From Candidatus Neomicrothrix sp. (GTDB lineage Bacteria > Actinomycetota > Acidimicrobiia > Acidimicrobiales > Aldehydirespiratoraceae), in assembly GCA_017852795.1 (NCBI GenBank), contig JAFMKU010000003.1:13731-73985 (forward strand): a DNA stretch of 60,255 bases, read 5' to 3'. Below, in pieces: positions 55,345 through 60,255 of the stretch. A program made the position numbers and the translations under genes. Numbering within the stretch: the first letter of the stretch is position 1; every line of letters starts with the position of its first letter. The notes beneath the pieces are model-generated. The model was not told the DNA's origin. It saw nothing but the letters and a program-made list of their open reading frames with translations, and ran no database searches.

Positions 55345-55911
55345 ATGGTTGACGATCACGAACTCAGCGAGGCGATCCGTGGGCTCGGGCGCAGCCTCTG
55401 TGACCACGATGCCAGCCCGACCTCGCGAGCAGAAGCGATCCAACTGTTGCGGCAGGCCAACCAACTGTTAGCGAGCGGCGAAACCCGCGAGCCGGTCTGG
55501 TCCAACCTGTCCGCTTGGTCAGGAACACTCAACCCGGTGGCGCTGCCGTTGACGTTTGAGTATGGACAACGACAAGGGCAGCGCTGCATCGTCGGGCGGG
55601 TCCGCATCGACCGTTTCCGTGAAGGACCCGCCGGGTCGGTGCACGGTGGCGTCGTGGCGGGACTGTTCGACGAGATGATGGGTGCCGCCCTGCGACTGTC
55701 CGAACGGCCAGCAGCGGTCACCGGTCGGTTGACGGTGCGCTACCGGCGACCGACCCCGCTCGATGAGGATCTGGTGTTTCGTAGTTGGATCAGTGAGGAC
55801 CGGCCGTTGCGGATGCGGATCGAATCGGAATGCCTGCTGGCCAACACGCTCGATGATGACCGCCCGGTCCGTACCGCCGAAGCGGATGGTTTGTTCCTGA
55901 GGCGTCGATGA
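55345..55911 (+). CDS. PaaI-family hotdog-fold thioesterase
   Basis: GSVHGGVVAGLFDEMMG motif, about 188 aa from ATG 55345. Confidence 0.75.
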   Translation: MVDDHELSEAIRGLGRSLCDHDASPTSRAEAIQLLRQANQLLASGETREPVWSNLSAWSGTLNPVALPLTFEYGQRQGQRCIVGRVRIDRFREGPAGSVHGGVVAGLFDEMMGAALRLSERPAAVTGRLTVRYRRPTPLDEDLVFRSWISEDRPLRMRIESECLLANTLDDDRPVRTAEADGLFLRRR

Positions 55912-56441
55912 ACGAACGACCGCGGATCACCATGGTCTGTACCGGAAACGCGGCCCGTTCGGTGATGGCCGCGGCGCTGCTGCGCGACCGGCTCGGTGAG
56001 CACAGCCCCGTGGAGGTGGCCAGTGCCGGCACGCTGGTGCTCCCGGACCAGCCGATGAGTTCACGAACCCGGGCGGCGCTGGCCCGCCACAACCTCAGCC
56101 ACCCCGACCACCGGTCCCGGCAATTGGACCTGGCCGAGGTCCGTCGAAGTTCGTTGCTGTTGACCATGGAACCGTCGCACCATCAATGGATGCGACGGCG
56201 GCTCCCTGAAGCGTTGCCGATCGCCGGTTCGTTACGTCGGGTGGTTCGCGATCTAGCCAACTACGACGGGGATCTAGACCAGCGGGTCGCGGCGCTGGGG
56301 CTCGCCGACCATGTCATGGAGCCTTGGGAGGAAATCATCGACCCGGGAGCGGGCCAGCAGGAGGCGTTCGATCGCTGTATTGATGAATTGGCTGCGCTGA
56401 TCGACGACCTCGCCCAACAGCTGCGGATCGTGACCCAATGA
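55908..56441 (+). CDS. Low-molecular-weight protein-tyrosine phosphatase family protein
   Basis: P-loop VCTGNAARS (C-x5-R-S) at the N-terminus and a distal DP loop (IIDPG). ATGA overlap with the thioesterase gene. Confidence 0.8.
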   Translation: MNERPRITMVCTGNAARSVMAAALLRDRLGEHSPVEVASAGTLVLPDQPMSSRTRAALARHNLSHPDHRSRQLDLAEVRRSSLLLTMEPSHHQWMRRRLPEALPIAGSLRRVVRDLANYDGDLDQRVAALGLADHVMEPWEEIIDPGAGQQEAFDRCIDELAALIDDLAQQLRIVTQ

Positions 56442-57097
56442 GCAGCCATCGTCGGGAAGGGTTGGTGTTGTCGATCGCGGTCGGGATCGTCGGTGTGACC
56501 TTCGGGGTGTTGGCCGACGCCGCCGGTTTGAGCTTGCCCAAGATCATTGTCATGTCGGCGCTGGTGTTCACCGGGGCATCCCAATTTGCGGCGGTAAGCG
56601 TGATCGACGCCGGAGGTTCGGGCCTCGCCGCGGTGGGGTCAGCGCTGCTGCTGGCCGCCCGCAACGCGCTCTACGGCCCGGTGGTGGCCCATCTGCTGCC
56701 AAAGTCGGTGGTACCTCGGGCTGGTTCAGCCCAGTTTGTGATCGACGAGACCACCGCCATGGGTTCGTTGCCGGACAACGACATCGACGGTCGTGATTCG
56801 TTTTGGTGGACGGCGATCTGGCTCTGGTCGTTGTGGAACGTCGGATCGGTGATTGGCGCGCTGCTTGGTGCAGTGATCGGCGAGCCCGAAACGTGGGGGC
56901 TCGACGCGGCGTTCCCGGCGGCGTTTCTGGCCCTTCTCGCTCCTCACCTGCGCCATCAACCCGGTCGGGTCGCGGCTTTTGGTGGGGCGGGTTTGGCGAT
57001 CCTGATGGTCCCCATCGCTCCGGCCGGGGTGCCGCTGTTAGTCGCCGCGTTGGCGGTGGTTCCCGGATGGTGGGTTCAGCGGAAGGCAACCCCATGA
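56438..57097 (+). CDS. azlC: AzlC-family branched-chain amino acid permease subunit
   Basis: Multi-TM protein with FTGASQF motif. ATGA overlaps on both sides. Confidence 0.8.
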   Translation: MSSHRREGLVLSIAVGIVGVTFGVLADAAGLSLPKIIVMSALVFTGASQFAAVSVIDAGGSGLAAVGSALLLAARNALYGPVVAHLLPKSVVPRAGSAQFVIDETTAMGSLPDNDIDGRDSFWWTAIWLWSLWNVGSVIGALLGAVIGEPETWGLDAAFPAAFLALLAPHLRHQPGRVAAFGGAGLAILMVPIAPAGVPLLVAALAVVPGWWVQRKATP

Positions 57098-57402
57098 GCT
57101 GGCTAGCGATTTGGGGGCTGGTGGCCGGTGCCTACCTGTTTAAGGCGTTCGGGGTATTGGGGTTAGGTCGGGCATCGGCCACGAGTCCCGGACGTTTCCA
57201 GCCGGTTGTGGCGTTGATTCCAGCCGCGCTGTTTTCGGCGCTGATCGCGGTCCAGACCGTTTCCCTTGACGAGACGTTGGTGCTTGACGCCCGGATCTTC
57301 GGGGTGGCCGCAGGGGCCATCTCGGTCTGGCGTAAAGCACCGTTCGTGGTGGTGGTTGTTGTCTCTATGGCCGTGACCGCAGTGGTCCGCTGGCAGACTT
57401 AG
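57094..57402 (+). CDS. azlD: AzlD-family small membrane protein
   Basis: 102 aa, hydrophobic, begins MSWLAIWGLVAGAYLFKAFG. Lies directly after azlC. The ORF-track extension to 56803 is not credible. Confidence 0.7.
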   Translation: MSWLAIWGLVAGAYLFKAFGVLGLGRASATSPGRFQPVVALIPAALFSALIAVQTVSLDETLVLDARIFGVAAGAISVWRKAPFVVVVVVSMAVTAVVRWQT

Positions 57403-57407
57403 CAGCA

Positions 57408-58667
57408 ATGGGACCGTCGATATCTAGGATCACCGTAACCGGAGGTGGCCCACTGAACGGGATCGTGCCCGTCGGTGGAGCCAAGAACTCTGTGTTGAAA
57501 CTGATGGCGGCCACGTTGCTTGCCGAAGGGACCTACCACCTCGACAACGTGCCTCGTATCACCGACGTGGACCTGATGTCTGATCTTCTGCGAGCGACCG
57601 GATGCCAGGTGTGGTTCGACGAGCATCGCTTGACGATCGACGTGCCGGCGGTGATCGAACCGATCGCCCCGTATGAGATCGTGGAGCAGTTCCGGGCGTC
57701 GATCGTGGTGATGGGGCCGATGCTGGCCCGCTGTGGTGAAGCGCAGGTCGCGATGCCCGGCGGTGACGATTTCGGTCCTCGACCGATCGACATGCACGTG
57801 CGGGGGCTTCAGGAACTCGGAGCCGAATTTGAAACCAGTCACGGCTACCTGAAAGTGCGCGCCGATCGACTGGTGGGAACGACAGTGGTGTTGGAGTTTC
57901 CGTCGGTCGGTGCCACCGAAAACCTGTTGATGGCCGCGGTGCTGGCCTCCGGTACCACCATCATCGAAAACGCGGCCCGCGAACCGGAGATCGTGGACCT
58001 GTGCGAGATGTTAAACACGATGGGCGCGAAGATCCGGGGTTCGGGTTCGCCGACGATCGCCATCGATGGTGTTGCTGAACTCCACGCCGCCGACCATCGA
58101 GTGATCCCGGATCGCATCGAAGCAGCCACATACCTGTGTGCGGTCGGGATCGCCGGTGGTGAGATCACCGTGGGTGGGGCCCGCCACGAACACATGGCGA
58201 TGTTGTGCCAGAAACTCGGAGAGACCGGTATGCGCATCTCGCACGATCCGAACGGGATCTGGGCGATGGCTCCCGGTCGGCTTCGTGCCGTTGACTGCCA
58301 GTCGTTGCCGTACCCGGGGATCGCAACCGATTTCAAACCGTTTGTGGTGTCGCTGCTGGCCACCTCGATTGGGGTCGGGATCGTTACCGAAAACCTGTTC
58401 TCGGGACGGTTCCGTTACGTCGACGAGCTGCGACGGATGGGGGCCGACATCAGCACCGACTCACACCACGCGGTCATTCGCGGGGTGCCGCAACTATCGG
58501 GAGCACCGGTGCGAGCCCATGACATCCGGGCTGGTGCGGCGCTGGTGATCGCCGGTTTGGCTGCCGATGGCGAAACGGTTGTTTCTGACGCCGAACACGT
58601 CGCCCGAGGGTACGAAGACCTCGCCGGGAAACTCAACGGTATCGGCGCGTCAGTCGTCGTCAGCTGA
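57408..58667 (+). CDS. murA: UDP-N-acetylglucosamine 1-carboxyvinyltransferase, Asp-type active-site loop
   Basis: VGGAKNSVLKLMAA N-terminus, 419 aa. The active-site loop MPGGDDFGPRPID has Asp where E. coli has Cys115. Confidence 0.95.
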   Translation: MGPSISRITVTGGGPLNGIVPVGGAKNSVLKLMAATLLAEGTYHLDNVPRITDVDLMSDLLRATGCQVWFDEHRLTIDVPAVIEPIAPYEIVEQFRASIVVMGPMLARCGEAQVAMPGGDDFGPRPIDMHVRGLQELGAEFETSHGYLKVRADRLVGTTVVLEFPSVGATENLLMAAVLASGTTIIENAAREPEIVDLCEMLNTMGAKIRGSGSPTIAIDGVAELHAADHRVIPDRIEAATYLCAVGIAGGEITVGGARHEHMAMLCQKLGETGMRISHDPNGIWAMAPGRLRAVDCQSLPYPGIATDFKPFVVSLLATSIGVGIVTENLFSGRFRYVDELRRMGADISTDSHHAVIRGVPQLSGAPVRAHDIRAGAALVIAGLAADGETVVSDAEHVARGYEDLAGKLNGIGASVVVS

Positions 58668-58850
58668 TCGGAAATCGGAACGGTTTTCGTCACCGTCTGC
58701 CGCGCGGTTGGCCTGGTTGGCGGCGGCTTTGAGGCTGAGTGCTCGCCGCCGAGCCAGCGCCAGCAGACCGGCGAACACCAGCACCGGCCCGGACACCAAC
58801 ATCAACTCGTCCCACCCACCTTGATGGGCTAGTAGCCAGCACAAGACCAT
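58650..58850 (-). CDS. Possible small membrane protein (one TM, acidic tail)
   Basis: 66-aa ORF, TM LMLVSGPVLVFAGLLALA, third-codon positions mostly G/C. Its stop overlaps the last 18 nt of murA on the other strand. No family recognised. Confidence 0.3.
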   Translation of the reverse strand: MVLCWLLAHQGGWDELMLVSGPVLVFAGLLALARRRALSLKAAANQANRAADGDENRSDFRSADDD

Positions 58851-58956
58851 CTGCGAACCCTAGGGCCAGGAAATGCGTGTCCCGAAGTCGGCGTTGCGGG
58901 AATCTCCTGTCAGAATCGTCGGGCGATGCGCACCCGGCGCTGATCGGAGATATTTC

Positions 58957-59217
58957 GTGCTCGAACAGGTTGAGAAGGTCATCGCGGCGATTCGTCCGGC
59001 CATTCAGGCTGACCAAGGAGATATCGCCCTGATTGGGGTTGATGAGGCCACGGGTGTGGTCACCGTTGAGTTGCAGGGCGCATGCGTCACCTGCCCGGCA
59101 TCCACACAAACCCTCAAAGCCGGTATCGAACGCATCATGAAAGACCGCGTGGATGGGGTGACCGAAGTGGTCGAGATCAACGCGTTGGGGATGAGTGAAA
59201 GCGCAGTGCAACTCTGA
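58957..59217 (+). CDS. NifU C-terminal-domain (Nfu-type) Fe-S cluster carrier protein
   Basis: GTG 58957 lies 6 nt after GGAGA. LQGACVTCPASTQTLKAGIE is the Nfu CxxC motif. About 86 aa. Confidence 0.8.
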   Translation: MLEQVEKVIAAIRPAIQADQGDIALIGVDEATGVVTVELQGACVTCPASTQTLKAGIERIMKDRVDGVTEVVEINALGMSESAVQL

Positions 59218-59234
59218 GCACTGAACCGTTTTCG

Positions 59235-60062
59235 TTGTGCTACCGGCACCCCGACCGTCGGGCTGGAGTGTCCTGCCAGCGTTGCGACCGCCCTATCTGC
59301 CCGGCCTGTATGAGTCAGGCTTCGGTCGGTTTCCACTGTCCGGAGTGTCTCGCTGCGAAGCGGGCACCGTCCCGGAGCGTCATTGGGCGACCCGGTGCCG
59401 GCGAGCCGGTGGTGACCAAGGCACTGATCGGTATCAACCTGGCGGTCGCGGTACTCGCCGCGATGTTTGGAGGTGGCCGAAACTTTGGGCCCGGCGAGTG
59501 GATTATCCGGTACGGCCTGCACGGCTGGGCGGTTGACAGCCTCGGTGAGTGGTACCGGATCGTTACCTCAGCGTTCTTGCACGACGGCATTGTCCATCTG
59601 GGTCTCAACCTGTGGGCGTTGTGGATGATCGGGCCATTTCTGGAACGTCCTTTCGGTCGACTGCGGTTCACCGCGCTGGTCGGTTGCAGCCTGGTCGGTG
59701 GTGCGTTCGGGGTGCTGCTGCTTGACCCGTTGGCGTTGACGATCGGGGCATCCGGGGTGGTGTTTGGGCTCTTTGGTGCGGTGGCGGTGGTGCAGCGCTC
59801 AGCGGGAATCGACCTTTGGCGGTCCGGGATCGGCTCGTTGCTGTTGGTCAACTTGCTGTTCACCTTCTTGATCCCGAGCGTCTCGGTCGGTGGTCACGTC
59901 GGGGGTCTGTTCGCCGGATCTGCAGTTGCCGCATGGTTTGTCGCGATGCAACGAGCCCGGCAACCCGACTGGCTCGCGACGCTGGTAGCTGCGGGTTTTG
60001 CGGTGCTGCTGTTCAGCGGTTCGTTGTGGGCCGCGAGCAACTGGGCCAACCCGCTGTTCTAA
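59235..60062 (+). CDS. Rhomboid-family intramembrane serine protease with an N-terminal double CxxC zinc-ribbon
   Basis: CYRHP...CQRCDRPICPAC...CPEC zinc ribbon. HxxxN (FLHDGIVHLGLNLW). Catalytic GASGVVFGLFG and HVGGLFAG. Confidence 0.85.
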   Translation: MCYRHPDRRAGVSCQRCDRPICPACMSQASVGFHCPECLAAKRAPSRSVIGRPGAGEPVVTKALIGINLAVAVLAAMFGGGRNFGPGEWIIRYGLHGWAVDSLGEWYRIVTSAFLHDGIVHLGLNLWALWMIGPFLERPFGRLRFTALVGCSLVGGAFGVLLLDPLALTIGASGVVFGLFGAVAVVQRSAGIDLWRSGIGSLLLVNLLFTFLIPSVSVGGHVGGLFAGSAVAAWFVAMQRARQPDWLATLVAAGFAVLLFSGSLWAASNWANPLF

Positions 60063-60121
60063 GAACCGGCGCGTTCGGCTGTCTCCCACCCATCATCAGC
60101 GGCATCAGAGTCGCGCTCGGA

Positions 60122-60149
60122 ATCAAAACCGGGTAACCCTCTTACCGGT
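60122..60149 (-). terminator. Intrinsic-terminator-like hairpin on the minus strand
   Basis: On the minus strand: ACCGGTAA-gaggg-TTAC(C)CGGT followed by TTTTGAT. It lies about 50 nt downstream of a TAA (60199-60201) that closes a minus-strand frame open to the window edge (...ILKLIWKRNLRILGERFA*). Confidence 0.45.
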
Positions 60150-60255
60150 GGATGGCACGTACCGGTGTGGGCTCCAAGACCAATGGTGACGGGCCGGTTT
60201 ACGCGAACCGTTCGCCAAGGATTCGCAGGTTTCGTTTCCAAATGAGTTTGAGGAT

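Noticed and set aside
56803-57093. Upstream extension of the AzlD ORF (199-aa ORF)
   Set aside because: The extension is Arg/Gly-rich and overlaps azlC out of frame. The ATG at 57094 forms an ATGA junction with the azlC stop and starts the hydrophobic AzlD sequence.
60059-60241. 60-aa minus-strand ORF at the window end
   Set aside because: Weak third-position G/C bias and a non-protein-like sequence, and it runs through a terminator-like hairpin.

Overview
High-G+C, very gene-dense chromosomal segment: about 60 CDS and no non-coding stretch longer than about 300 nt. It carries the classic actinobacterial core synteny (Acidimicrobiia-like by eye): rpsO-pnp-M16 peptidase-dapB, then dapA-rnj-ftsK, then rimO-pgsA-cinA, plus map, gluQ and murA. 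I recognised no rRNA, tRNA, CRISPR array, transposase, integrase, phage gene or known defence system. Most long antisense ORFs in the track are high-GC shadow ORFs. Five blocks look accessory.
(i) 1-7.4 kb: an IclR-controlled cluster with two dimethylglycine/sarcosine-oxidase-type genes, a non-pyrrolysine MttB-family methyltransferase and an orphan ferredoxin/ferredoxin-reductase pair.
(ii) 12.9-14.3 kb: a SURF1 protein fused to a winged-helix-like domain.
(iii) 35.9-40.5 kb: a minus-strand operon of 2-hydroxyacid dehydrogenase, cyclase-family protein, stand-alone cNMP-binding protein, ribokinase, nucleoside hydrolase and a small membrane protein.
(iv) 40.5-48.8 kb: a TetR gene, two SDR genes and a five-gene Opp/Dpp-type ABC importer.
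(v) 48.9-58.7 kb: a lipoprotein-SDR-small membrane protein-MBL operon lying divergent to a tightly coupled operon of an IpdAB-like CoA-transferase-fold pair, a heteromeric acyl-CoA dehydrogenase pair, a thioesterase, LMW-PTP, azlCD and murA.
The best candidate for something undescribed is block (i), a possible corrinoid-protein-less or redox-reactivated N-demethylation module. Blocks (ii) and (v) rank next. All functional calls rest on motif or family recognition by eye; no searches were run.
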